Below, piece after piece: positions 52,701-64,000 of a stretch of 64,000 nt of DNA (the stretch's first letter is position 1; each line of letters opens with the position of its first letter). The notes beneath the pieces were generated by a model. It did no database searches. It was not told the origin of the DNA and worked only from the letters and a program-made list of their open reading frames with translations. This DNA is from Balanoglossus misakiensis (Eukaryota > Animalia > Hemichordata), in contig CM082581.2 in assembly GCA_040954595.2 (NCBI GenBank), positions 5,634,699-5,698,698 on the forward strand, written 5' to 3'. Position numbers and translations under genes: made by a program.

Positions 52701-55700
52701 GAAACCAAATATCAAAAGCAGATACACTATTCCAGAAAAAATGTTTGTCTGAGCTGCAAAAGGTTGATGATCTGCCACTAGGGGGCGCTGTGCAACAAGC
52801 AGGAAGGGTGACGGACCCAAACCAACTCATCAGATGGGCAATTACATCTACAATGATATAGTTGTAACTCACCACAGCAACAGAAGAAACCCAGAGTTTC
52901 GGCCAACAACCTGACCAGCACGCCATCTTGACTGTTAGCCAACGCTGTCATTGATTGCAAGATGCCCTCACAGGATGTGAGTAACTTCTCCACTGCAGAT
53001 TTACCTAGGCAATGAAACAACACTTCTTGTAATATGGAAATAAAGGTAACCCTCAGTATTACCACTGTACATGCTTGGATTATCTCGTCTCATAGATGAT
53101 TACCACTTTGATAATCTGGTTCATTTCAATATGCATGGATCGCATAATACCCTTCATTACTAGATCATGGATCAAGACTATAAGAAGTGACAAGGTCATG
53201 GGTCAATATTCAACCAACAGGCAACACCAGTGGTCAAGACTTACCAAGCATTGCCAGATCGTGCGTCAAGACCAGAGCCCAGTGGACAACATCTTTGTCG
53301 CCGCTGGACAGACAGATTGGAATTCGAATCAAGATCTGGTTGTATTTCAGTACTTCCGATTTGAACGGATCTGTAAGACACACAAAGCCTGAGCTGTGAC
53401 TATATTGCTAACCACAGCTGTGTAAGTGATGACAGAATAATTGATCTGTAAAAGACACAGAGTCTAGCAGTGACTGCTGCTAGCTACGTAGAACAAAGTT
53501 TTCTTTTACTTGACTTTCAAGAAAATATTAAAATTCTTAGTTATCTGCAAATAGACTGAAACAACAATGCATTGAAGCCCTTGGTAGTACACTGGTTCAT
53601 CAGATAAATGATCATTGTTACTCACCATTTCTCAGAGCTAAGAAGCATATCACTCTCAGTACCAATCTCTGCAGACCAGAGTGCCCACCACACAATGCTT
53701 TCTGTAAATTCTTTAACAGGTAGGGAAGCTTACAGATATCTTTCCGGAACATTTCTGAAATACAAATGACAGTATATGAGTATGTGAGTGAGATGACGAA
53801 AAAATTTCTGCATAAATCAATGCAAATTGCAAAAAGTGGTAATTTCATCAAAACCATCAGCTATGATTTTGAATATCGGTGATTAAGATTTGATGTCACA
53901 AATGACCCTGCAGCAAGAAAGAGACTCACCATTGACAGCAAATTCGTGCAACAAAGCCACTGCCCAGTAAACCAAGACACTCTCTTCGGACTTGAGACAC
54001 ACCACAGCGTGCATTATCACGTTGTATGAGGAAATTTCTGCCAGGGTCTTCTTCTCATCTGATTCACAAATAATACATTCTCATTAGAGTTTGCACAAAC
54101 ATTTGATGTCCATTACCAACAGAATCATACTGTAATGTGTAATTCTAGATTATTGAAATACCTAAGTGTTCAGGAATTTCCTGATGCCAAGCACTCAGGT
54201 ATATTGTAACAAACAGTCCTCCTTACACAACTGACATTGACACTGAAAACTGCCTCCAACATGAACTCAATCTAGAACTTGACAATGAATATAATTTCAA
54301 AGATAAAGTGTTGACAAGTCCATTATTAGCAATACCATATACACCCAACAAAAAACAAGTACCAGAGTTGACATTGCAAATAGCATACATACCAACACTT
54401 TGGGTGTTGACTATCAACACCAGCATCTGCAGGCAAATTCTTTGTATGACTACATCACCCCAGTAGTTGCCAATCATGGCCGACACGATGCCAACGAACC
54501 CTTGATCTAATAGCTCCGTCACTAAACCATCTGTGACAACACAAAAATTACACATTAGGACGAGAAGATTAACCTTCTGTTGTGTATTACTCTGTATATT
54601 GCCATGTTTGTAGTGTGCGAGTGCTCGCTCACTGCATACACCTTTTGGCATCTCTTAACAATCAACAATTTGTTGGAATCAATACTGTAATGAAAGCAGT
54701 GTTGTAAAAATAAAACGTCAGGTACTGTGCCCTGCCTACCTGTTCTCACCATGTGACTGGGTGGACATAGTAAGTGAAGAAGATGCACCAAAGATATTAG
54801 AAATTGATAAAACCAACTCCCCAGTCTTTTTCTAATCTAATTTTACCAAATCTAATCTAAACTCATCACCAAATCAACCAAAAGGTGTATACCTTTCAAA
54901 ATCAACAATATTTATGTCACATATTCAGCATGAACGAAAATGACTGAATTTTCTCCAAACTTACTTACCACATAAACACAACTGATGGACGATGAATAAA
55001 CAGTATCTCATCACTTCTTTGCTGTCTGTTGTTTGCATCTCATGCAGGATGGTTTCCAGGAGACCCTCCGTTTCCCAGATCAGCATCATTTTCCTCTCAT
55101 CTGTAATCAGAGGTACCAGAAGTGTTGTAGAATTTTCATACGAGATTACAGTAATTCTTTAGTAAGAGGTTAGCCAATCAAATGTTTAGCCAATCAAATG
55201 TTGATTTCCACTGATGATTAAAAAAAACATTCAAACGGGCATATTTTCCTATATTGGGCATCACAAACAGACATAGTTCGTATATATTTCACTGTTCAGT
55301 AAAACGGATAAGGGTTACTGGTACTTAATTATCACTGTTGGGGAAAAAAATCTACAGTATAACTTACCCACATCACAAATGACATCAAACATGACTCCGG
55401 CTAATCTCGCCTTGACTCTTTGCTTCAGGAACACATCTTTACACTGTTTCTTGAACCCTCCTTGATGGACAATTCTCGTGAAGCACATCCCCAGAACAGA
55501 GAGAATTTTCCTCTCGTCGGACAACTCTCTGAAATTAACTAAAACAGCAAGAGAAGTGCAATGTGTAAAATCTCTTACTGAAGGAATAAAGATGTTTTTT
55601 TTCTTATAGGATTCAAATGCAATTTATTATACAATGTAGTCTCCGTATCATAAAAAATATTAGATATTGAAGGTTACAGACGGACCAGTATAATCGCCTC

Positions 55701-56789
55701 AAATCTGATAAAGGACCTCTAAATATGTATATAATCAAAACAATTACTTTCTGTGCTAAAAAGAAAGGCCTTTGGACTCTGTTTATGAATTATGTGACAC
55801 ACTAGTACTACTTCAGATTCAGATTGCTGTGCACTACGTCAGTGGATTGTCATTAATCATTGGAGCACCACTGTGAACAAACAGCAATGCTGGAACCACA
55901 ACTGGTGATACGGTTTTCTTCACTGTAGCATGTAAGTCTGAGCAGTTGTCCAGTTGCTGGTTGTCTTGATACCACTAGCACACTTGCAGCACTTACCATT
56001 TTTCAGGATCACACAGAGAACTGTGGCAGCCTTCAGTGTCAATGCCTCATCATCATTGTTGACGCAGTATTTCAAGATGTCATCAAAGTATGGGGCTGCG
56101 AGATAAATAAAGAAAGACTTTTCATAACTCGGCAATGAGATTGTTGAGAGATGTATGGATGAATATAATAACTTCATTGATTACAAAATTCACATACTTA
56201 CACTTGATTGCCTTATCAAGAATCATCTGTTCAGCACTTCTTCTCAGATTGACCTGTGGTGCATGAAGCGCTAACACACCAAGATCTTCCAGTGAAATAC
56301 CTAAGTTGGAGGGGACATTCATGTACATGATGTACAGTCGATTATTAATAATACCACATATGATACATGCATATGATACCCTCTGGTCATATTTTGCGCC
56401 CCCTCCCGGCGTAAAGTGTAAACATTCGCTTACCACTATTCACAGTTGTAAACATTATGGCAATGTTGCTAGTTATTAAATGGCGACTGATCGATCGCTG
56501 ATTTGTACCGCAATGACATCTACACTGAAAGCCCGCAACTTGCAGGTGTAAAACACGCGTCGCTTGTATTCGGAAAGACCGTGCTTTCAACCATGCGAGT
56601 TTCTTTCAACCATGCAAGTTTCTGTATCATGTTATGTGTACATTACTTACTATCATCGATGTGTTGCTCTAGCTTTTCTCGACATTTTCGACGAATGACT
56701 CTTCTGATATATTGAACAAAAACGACCGTAGATATCGCAACCACCGTTCCGGTGGCTAACACAACAACCTGTTTGCCCTGAGACGACAT
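43762..56789 (-). CDS. Uncharacterised ~1500-aa protein: N-terminal TM anchor, ARM repeats, beta-rich insert, further helical region, RSPRY1-like SPRY, acidic repeat linker, second SPRY
   Basis: Exons 56789-56651, 56300-56202, 56095-55997, [unresolved junction], 55528-55368, 55100-54969, 54530-54393, 54058-53930, 53754-53626, 53370-53245, 53004-52873, 52610-52485, 52285-52157, 51808-51720, 51332-51143, 50850-50662, 50325-50127, 49897-49797, (49475-49425?), 49089-48679, 48396-48313, 47722-47619 (or -47598), 47489-47364, 47105-47010, 46796-46724, 46592-46507, 46317-46203, 45965-45878, 45628-44972, 44769-44667, 44421-44334, 43985-43762. Phases agree at all junctions but one. SPRY1: LEVRND.WTFESVR, WYYEVTL....MQIGWA, GVGD..HSYAFD, W..GDVVSC, SFWLNG..LG.AF, YPACSL, FNFG..PF. 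SPRY2: YFEITL, LGCGL, FFTING, VNFG..YF.Y. Confidence 0.82.
50926..51110. repeat. (GTGAT)n pentanucleotide microsatellite with GCGAA variants, intronic
   Basis: gatgtgatgtgatgtgatgcgaagtgat...; produces the spurious HITSH-repeat ORFs in the track. Confidence 0.92.
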
Positions 56790-57622
56790 CTTTCACTCGA
56801 TCACCCTGATCCATGATCAACAGCACAACCGTGCTATTTCAATGTACCCGCTGACATATTTGTGTACCTCGTAACTCCGTTGAAAAAGAAAATATGATTG
56901 GATCAAGTTTGTGGGATTGCACACTGCTCGTCAAATTTGGGGGATAAATGTTACATTCTCTTATTATAAATCCCAAAGTAGTTTAATTCTCCCTGCAAAA
57001 AGGACTACTTTTTGCAGATAGTTTCCCCAAAACCTCGTAGTGAAAAACATGACAGTCAAGTGAATGATTCAATTTCCGAATCGCTAGGTGGCCCTCGGGT
57101 GAAAGGGAACTAGAACGTTTGAGGGCGCAACAAATCGAGGTCAAGAGGCAAGCAAGCGTCGGATGGACCGTACACATCCAGCCAAGAAAAATAACACGAT
57201 CGCAGGGGAAATGTGGTATGTTTCTGAAGATTTATCATGCTTTTGTTGTTTAGTAAGTGCGAACAATTCGCTTTGTAGTCGAGTCGAGCGGACGCATCAC
57301 AGCAGTATGTGTAGACACCTTCTTTGTTATCATTGTGCTTGTAAATGTGATCAAATTAAAATATTTCAACGCTGACATGCGAGTTGTATTGCAATACTCC
57401 CGCACACGAAAAATGCACATACGGGCGTTTGTAGTTGGTGGTTGAAGCTTGGGTAAATGTTTAAGCGTGTACTAGTCAGCACCTTGTTTTCTGTAGTGTT
57501 AAACACTGAACGATCTGTAAAATCACCGCGGTCGTAATTTGATTTCGAACTTGCATGAATATGGTAATCTCACAGTACTTGTTTTACATGATCTAGGTGA
57601 AAAGGCCACTGGCTCGTAAAAA
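56790..57622. promoter_or_regulatory. Divergent promoter region between the ARM-SPRY gene and the Ikaros-family gene
   Basis: Start codons 834 bp apart on opposite strands; locally CpG-retaining; probable 5'UTR acceptor TAG|GTG near 57595. Confidence 0.55.
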
Positions 57623-59026
57623 ATGAGTGATGGCGGAAAACAGGTGATCTGGGTCACATCAAAAGACACTGATGAGAAGACGATGAAGGAAAATGTCAAG
57701 GAGGAGGAGGAATTGAACGATGATGACAGCATCGAAGAGGTCCTGGATGATGAAATGGAGGAGGGCAGCAGAGAAGATGCCAACGACGGAGGTGCTGCGC
57801 TTGGGAACAGCGAGGAGACATCACCATACATACTCACTCAGGCCCGGTTTCAGTGCAGCATGTGCCACTTTGTGGCGTCGTGCCACCAGGCGTACACGGA
57901 CCACATGAACATTCACACCGGCATCAAACCCTACTGTTGCCAGTATTGCCCGTTCAGCAGCGCCTTCCGCAGCAGCCTGCTGCGGCACGTGAAGATCCAC
58001 ACGAACGCCAACGAGAAACCCTTCCGCTGCACGCGGTGCTCGTACGAGAGCCGCTACAAGTGGAACGTCACGGTGCACATGAGGAAGTGCCACAAGGACT
58101 ACTCGGACTGTCAGGCCAATCCGCCGCCGTCGAAACTATCGCCGGGTTCACACGCCCTACCCAAGATCGGCAGCGTGTTTTCCGTGAACCCACCACCGAT
58201 CTCCCAGTCTTCGGAAGCTTCCTCCGATATGAGCTCGTCTCCGGAACCCATGTATGCATCCGTCAACACAAACTGTTCCGCGGAAGACAGGGAGGAAAAC
58301 AGGCAAAAACAACAAACCACCATTGTGTTGCACAGCCCTCCGTCGACCGAACAGCAAGTCTTTCAATTTTCCAATTCAGTCACGTCGCCGAGGCAGACGG
58401 ATTTCGCCGCCGACAAGTACTACCCGGCACCGCACGACTCGTACTTGCCGAAGACGGCGGCGGCCCTGAAACTTCTTCCAAGCATGACCAAGTCCTTCGG
58501 CATCCCGCAGATCAGAAGCGTGCCGTACACGATAACCGCGCCGCTGGCACACAACATGAATCTGAATCAGATGCCCACCTCGGTGCCACAGGCAGCTGAA
58601 GTCTCCCCGGTCAGAGTTGCCACGGCGGCGACAAGAGACCCCAAAACTTGTGCGGATAACAGGAACACTTATGAGAATCAGGTCGCGCAGAACGATAGGA
58701 ATGGCGACGAGAACAAATCCCACAGCAGTGCCAGTCTCACGCCGGAAAGCCCACCGCAACCGGAGACGCCCAAAGCGACATACAAAACCGAAGCAACTCA
58801 AACCGCATCTGAGAACAGCTCGGCTTGCAGCAGATGTGAACTTCTGACCAATAACTTGAAATCGTGCCCCCATTGCGGCACACTCTTTTCGGACAATGTT
58901 ATCTATACGCTGCACATGAGTTGCCATGGCCACCGCCATCCATTCCAGTGTGCCATTTGTGGCTACGAGTGCAGGGATAAAATAGAGTTTACGTGTCACA
59001 TTACCCGTAGTCAACATAAAAACTAA
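57623..59026 (+). CDS. Ikaros/Hunchback-family C2H2 zinc-finger protein, Pegasus (IKZF5)-like, 467 aa, single coding exon
   Basis: Three N-terminal fingers (CSMC..HMNIH-TGIKPY-CQYCPF..HVKIH..EKPF-CTRC..HMRKCH) plus the Ikaros-type C-terminal dimerisation pair CPHCGTLFSDNVIYTLHMSCHGHRHPFQCAICGYECRDKIEFTCHITRSQH; the 3+2 layout is that of Pegasus. Confidence 0.9.
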   Translation: MSDGGKQVIWVTSKDTDEKTMKENVKEEEELNDDDSIEEVLDDEMEEGSREDANDGGAALGNSEETSPYILTQARFQCSMCHFVASCHQAYTDHMNIHTGIKPYCCQYCPFSSAFRSSLLRHVKIHTNANEKPFRCTRCSYESRYKWNVTVHMRKCHKDYSDCQANPPPSKLSPGSHALPKIGSVFSVNPPPISQSSEASSDMSSSPEPMYASVNTNCSAEDREENRQKQQTTIVLHSPPSTEQQVFQFSNSVTSPRQTDFAADKYYPAPHDSYLPKTAAALKLLPSMTKSFGIPQIRSVPYTITAPLAHNMNLNQMPTSVPQAAEVSPVRVATAATRDPKTCADNRNTYENQVAQNDRNGDENKSHSSASLTPESPPQPETPKATYKTEATQTASENSSACSRCELLTNNLKSCPHCGTLFSDNVIYTLHMSCHGHRHPFQCAICGYECRDKIEFTCHITRSQHKN

Positions 59027-61148
59027 ACACCACAAAAAATGTCTAATCATGATTCAAACATTGCAAAACTATGTACAATGCAATGCCATATCAAATGAAA
59101 GTACCAGGCCATATCTATTTATAATAACCATTATTATTATACTTTTATTAATTATTATTATTTTTATAGAAATTATATGATCTAGAATTTATTGACACCA
59201 CAACAGATCCTGTGAGTACCTCAGCAGTTCATTCTAGATGAGATCATGTTCGGTTTAATTTAACGTCAAATTGAATTATGTAAAATTGTTGTTGTTCCTA
59301 ACAAGTGGCTGAGGTATGTCCACACTCCATATTTATAGTGTAGCAGGTTCATTACTTCTAGAAAATGTTCCTCTGGGCATATGGCAAGTACATTTGTGGC
59401 ATAAAAAAATAGAACTAATGTGGTGGTGTGTGGCATTTGTCATTACATCTATTTCGACAGAACACTCATACAGGGTTCACTTCTAACAGTTCCGTACAAC
59501 TCAAAATAGACAGGGCTTATTTTGTCCAACAGTTGAAATAATCATGGCAGTTATTGGCAACAGAACCTCAGATGTACAGTATTGTAATTTTTGTTATCGT
59601 TGACGTTGTTGCCAGTACATGATTCACTCACTATGCTGATTAATCAAGATGTGTTATTCTACATTCTAGATCAAAAAGAGCAATATTACATTTCTTTTAC
59701 TGTCAAATTCCTCTATGCGCAAATTGGAGGAGCTAATTTTTTAAAAATTATAAATAGTACGCATAGTAACCAGCAATGGATGAATTGCCATTTTTATGTT
59801 TTTATGTGTGGCCGTGTAGTCTAAACTCAATATATATATACTGTTTCTGATGTTTGTATGTTGCAGTATTGCTGTTTTTACCGCTTTGCAAACATATAAG
59901 TTTGACAGATATTTTTCTAGAATATATCTTTTATTGACAATGACATAATAAACCATACTGTCTGAAGTAGTATCATACAGTTTGTGAAGAAGGGTTTCTA
60001 ACTGTGGCTGAGTGGCTTCGGAAATGAGTGTGTGGCCTAAGAGTGATGTGCAGATTGTTTAACACTAAAGAACATATCTTAAAAAAATAAAGAAATACAT
60101 GTATGGTCCCAGTGATGTGATGACATCACATGATAGCGCCCTCTGTGTCAAAGAGTACAAAATAAATAAAGTTGACAAAATTAGATGGAGACTTTCCACA
60201 AATATATACAAACAGTCAAAGCAATTTTCCAAAAGTTTGGCCAGTTAATTAACAGTGTTATTTCCCAGGGGCATAGAAATGTTAGCTCTGGTTTTTCTTC
60301 CTGGGAGTATTTTCTGATACCAGCAGACTGCTTTCGCTGTCTTCTATCACTAAACCTTATTTAATCACTGATGCTGCAAGTTCGATGAGAGAAGACACTA
60401 CCGTACCAATTGTTACTGTACAAAAATGATTGAAGGAATATTTTTCCATCATGTCTTTATTAATGCTTTTTATACATACATGTATATAAAAAAAACACTT
60501 CAGGTTTATGTAAATGCTATCATAAAAAGACAATATATACATGTATTTCTTTCTTCATTCCCTGAATATGAATAAACACTTATTCATCTACACACTCATC
60601 CATTACATTCACACTATTGGAATATAAAAGACAATCACATCATGATCACTATAAAAATCTACACTCAAATTTTTCAAGCGATAAATATACTACAATGTAC
60701 AATACTCTTCATTTAAAGTTTCGGTACCTTTTCGAATGAATTACATGATCTGGATAGGAAAATGAGTATTATTTTTTGTTTTATGTTCACTGCATTCTGT
60801 ATTGTAATCCTCACTCTCAAAATTTGAAATCTATCGTACCTGTTGCATATTTCCACTACCATCACAAAGAGGAAGTGGATTTCTATATTCATGTAAATAT
60901 GAAAATACTATAAACCCTTATATGATAATGCCATATGTAAAAAAAAACCTTATAATATGTAAAATTGTAAGATTATGTCCTTAATAGAGAGGTGTAATCC
61001 AGTATCCATTTGTTTGAAGTTGCTTCTGAGCAAAGAAGATTGAGTCTATCGCGAAGCCCATTCATAGCTGTAAAAAGTGTAAATGTCATGGTGGTGGTAT
61101 GAATATACACCCCCCCCCCCCTCTCTAATTTCTCTCCACAAGTCTTTT

Positions 61149-64000
61149 CTAGTTTTCCGAACTTTCCTCCACACATCTGTATGCCCTGATGACATCACGG
61201 ATTGGTGCCCTGCACATGGGACAGTGCAACCCTTGACCTTTGAGCCTTAACCCACAGGTCATGCACACACACATGTGACCGCACTGGTAGAGGACGCAAT
61301 CTACTCCTCTGTCCAAGCAGATCAGGCAGTGGCCATCTTGGATTGGTTGTGAGGTGGCATTCGGTGTCGAGCTCTGCGGTTCACTGCTCCCGCCTGTAAC
61401 ACCACAAGAGAAAAAAAAAAGTTAGCTATCGTTTTCATTTCTTGCCTTACTCCCAGCAGGATACTAATATACTCGGTACTCCACTTGTCAACACACACTG
61501 TATGTGTGGAACGGCCATTGTTATTGTTGACAAATGTATTCTAGTCCGGACTTGAATTCGAATCTCACACAATTACATTGCTGACTGTATCACCCTAGTT
61601 CTTACCTCTGACTGTTGCAAGAGCCGCCGCCACTTCTTGACGAATTGCTCTCTGTATGTCTAACTGCATTTCGAAGTTCATTCTGACCATGTTCTTCAAC
61701 TCTTCCAGTTCATGTCTCATGGATTCAAAAGCTGCATTTGTAACACCCTAAAAGACACATAATACATTTTCCTGTTTTATACATGCAACTTTGGCAAGAA
61801 TCACAAAAACGACTTGTTTCCACCGCCATAAATTATGGAGAAAATTACTGATATTTGATGCTTGATTTACCTGTGAAAGCAAAGAAGCATCTGTTGGTCT
61901 GGGCGCAGAAATACCGAGGTGGGAGAAGTCATTTCTTGAATAGTGGGTGCTAGGTCTCAGAGACCGGACGAAATCAGCAACTTGCGCTCCATCTGTATTG
62001 GATGTTTCCAGTCTCTCCTGAAAAACAGATAAATGGGTAAATCATAAACATTTCTATCAAAGTTTCAGGTAAAAAGGAACATGATTGCTTTGAAGTATGA
62101 ACTTAAAAATGTTCACACCAAATTCTGTTAAAGTTTTTGCATTGTTGCTTTTGAACTGATGTGTGATATCCAAAAGCGTAACTTTCAATTACTGGTCCTT
62201 AGTAGACAAACTGAGATCTTTACCTGCATGCGAATTTCAAGATGTCCTCTAAAATCTCCTTCCAGGGTCTGAGATACCAGTCTTCTCTGTACAAGCTCAC
62301 TGATTTCACTGACCAGCTGTTCTCTCTGGGCTTGGCGAAATGCTTCAATACTGCTGACTTGTCCTGGCCTGTAAAGGCAAAGATTCAATTTTCACTTGCA
62401 GTTGATTTTTAGCCCAATTTCTGTTACTATTTTCAGATCACCACATTACACTACTATTTGTTTTATTATTACGTTACGAAAAGCAAAAGTGTAATTTATC
62501 ACTTAAGTCTTTGCACGTTTTAACAAATACTGAACACCTCTGCAAACTGAACAATTTCTTCAGTCCAGTTTAGACTGTTTTACTGTACATGTGTAGGAAT
62601 AAAGTGTGGTATGGTGATTTGTGTTCACTTACTGTTGCATATTTGGTGGTGTAGATCGCTGTCGTTGCCATGGGTAGACTCCTTGTGTCGGATACGGGGA
62701 TGGTGCTGGTGAGCGTTGCATCTGTTGCCATGGCGGCAACCTCTGCTGTGGCATTCTCTGCATCTGAGGCTGCTGTGGCGGTGGGCCTCCATGGTACATT
62801 ACTTGCTGTGGTGGTGGTGGTGGTTGCTGCCAGGGGTGTGCCATGTTGACTGGTGGTCTTGGCATGGCCATGGGCGACCAGGCGTGCTGTGTGTGGTGGT
62901 GAGCGCCAGCTGGTGGCATGAACTGACCCTGGTAGTGGTACAGGGGCGGCTGATGAGCCACTGGATACTGGGCTGGCAGCGGTGGGAGCTGAGGCATCAT
63001 GGGATGCGGTTGTTGCATCGCGGCAGAGAGATCCGGCGGTACCATCGACGGCGGGGCTGGTGGCCACGACATGTGGTTCTGTTCCAGCGACGACTGCGAG
63101 CTGATCGCGCTGCTGTAACTCGACTGGCTCGAGGTCTCCCAGTTGTCGTTGGCAACAGCCCGCGCGGCCACGGCGGCGGCAACCATGTCCTGTTCCCGCC
63201 TCGCTCTCTCCGCTTCACGCTCCTGCCTCACGATAGTTCCACGGATCGTGTTCTCCAACTCCCGCTTGAAGTCAGAACTCCCCAGGGCCGATGTCACTCG
63301 CCTCCTTTCGATTAAACCACTCACTTCCAAAACCACGGGATCATCTGATCGGCGCTCCGGACGTCTGTTACTGCTCGGATTGATCTGCTCTTGAAGAAAG
63401 GTTTCTACTTTCTCACGAGTGTCTTTACCTGTCACAGGCTTCTCCCCATGTTGGAGATTCCGCAATTCATACATAAGTTCACTGTTGATAAAATAAGTTA
63501 TACTTTTAGGTTATTCTTGTACTGTATTTTTACACAACAAAGAGGCACAAAACAACCAATCATGATCTCCTTCCAGGAGTGAGGGGGGGGGGGGGGACAA
63601 ACAGCAATATTTCACAGTCACCAACACTTTTCATCTTTTGACATAGTAAATTGCTTAGTACCAGAATGCAGAGACCCTCTACACTCAATAGAAGACCCCC
63701 CCCCCCATTAAATTGTATTTATATATTCTCGCGTGAATCGAGTTGTTAATTTGAGAGCCTGTGTCATAATGTACGTACACGCTCTGTGCTGTTGCGCGTC
63801 AATTTATATGTTTGATTTCTTTCAATAAATGTGTGTTTTGCATGTTCGGAAATGGACAACCACCTGTTGATGTGGGTTGCTGGTTTCGACCACAGTCACA
63901 CAACCTCTCCCATTTTTCGTGCTTGAAGAACCATATGCAAACAAAACAACATCAGTACCTTCGTTGTTTCTGAACAAGTTTCTCCCACGCAGGATCGCAC
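61149..64000 (-). CDS. C-terminal RING-HC E3 ligase resembling plant PIR1/PIR2-type RING proteins; 5' end outside window
   Basis: Exons 64000-63959, 63481-62633, 62368-62224, 62017-61871, 61747-61606, 61393-61149 in frame. Coiled coil MRHELEELKNMVRMNFEMQLDIQRAIRQEVAAAL then CLICLDRGVDCVLYQCGHMCVCMTCG...CPMCRAPIRDVIRAY; Pro/Gln-rich middle. Confidence 0.88.

Overview
Eukaryotic, AT-rich, intron-rich genomic DNA from an invertebrate animal (probably a marine bilaterian; taxon not determinable from sequence). Eight protein-coding loci could be spliced by hand from GT-AG signals and reading-frame phase: the 3' part of a Deltex/DTX3L-like E3 ligase (+), a single-exon orphan RING-HC gene with an apparently broken C-terminus (+), a complete SEPSECS (-), TTC1 (+, head-to-head with SEPSECS), PWWP2 (-, tail-to-tail with TTC1), a ~31-exon membrane-anchored ARM-repeat/double-SPRY gene with no name I recognise (-), a Pegasus/Ikaros-family zinc-finger gene (+), and the 3' part of a RING gene resembling plant PIR1/PIR2 (-). 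Two long non-coding stretches (16.1-32.5 kb, 34.5-43.7 kb) contain small MITE-like elements, splice-like signals and motif clusters. The best novelty candidate is the TM-ARM-(ILEI-like?)-SPRY-SPRY protein. No tRNA, rRNA, CRISPR array or intact transposase was seen. All homology calls come from motif recognition by eye, not database searches, and most short ORFs in the supplied track are intronic or antisense noise.
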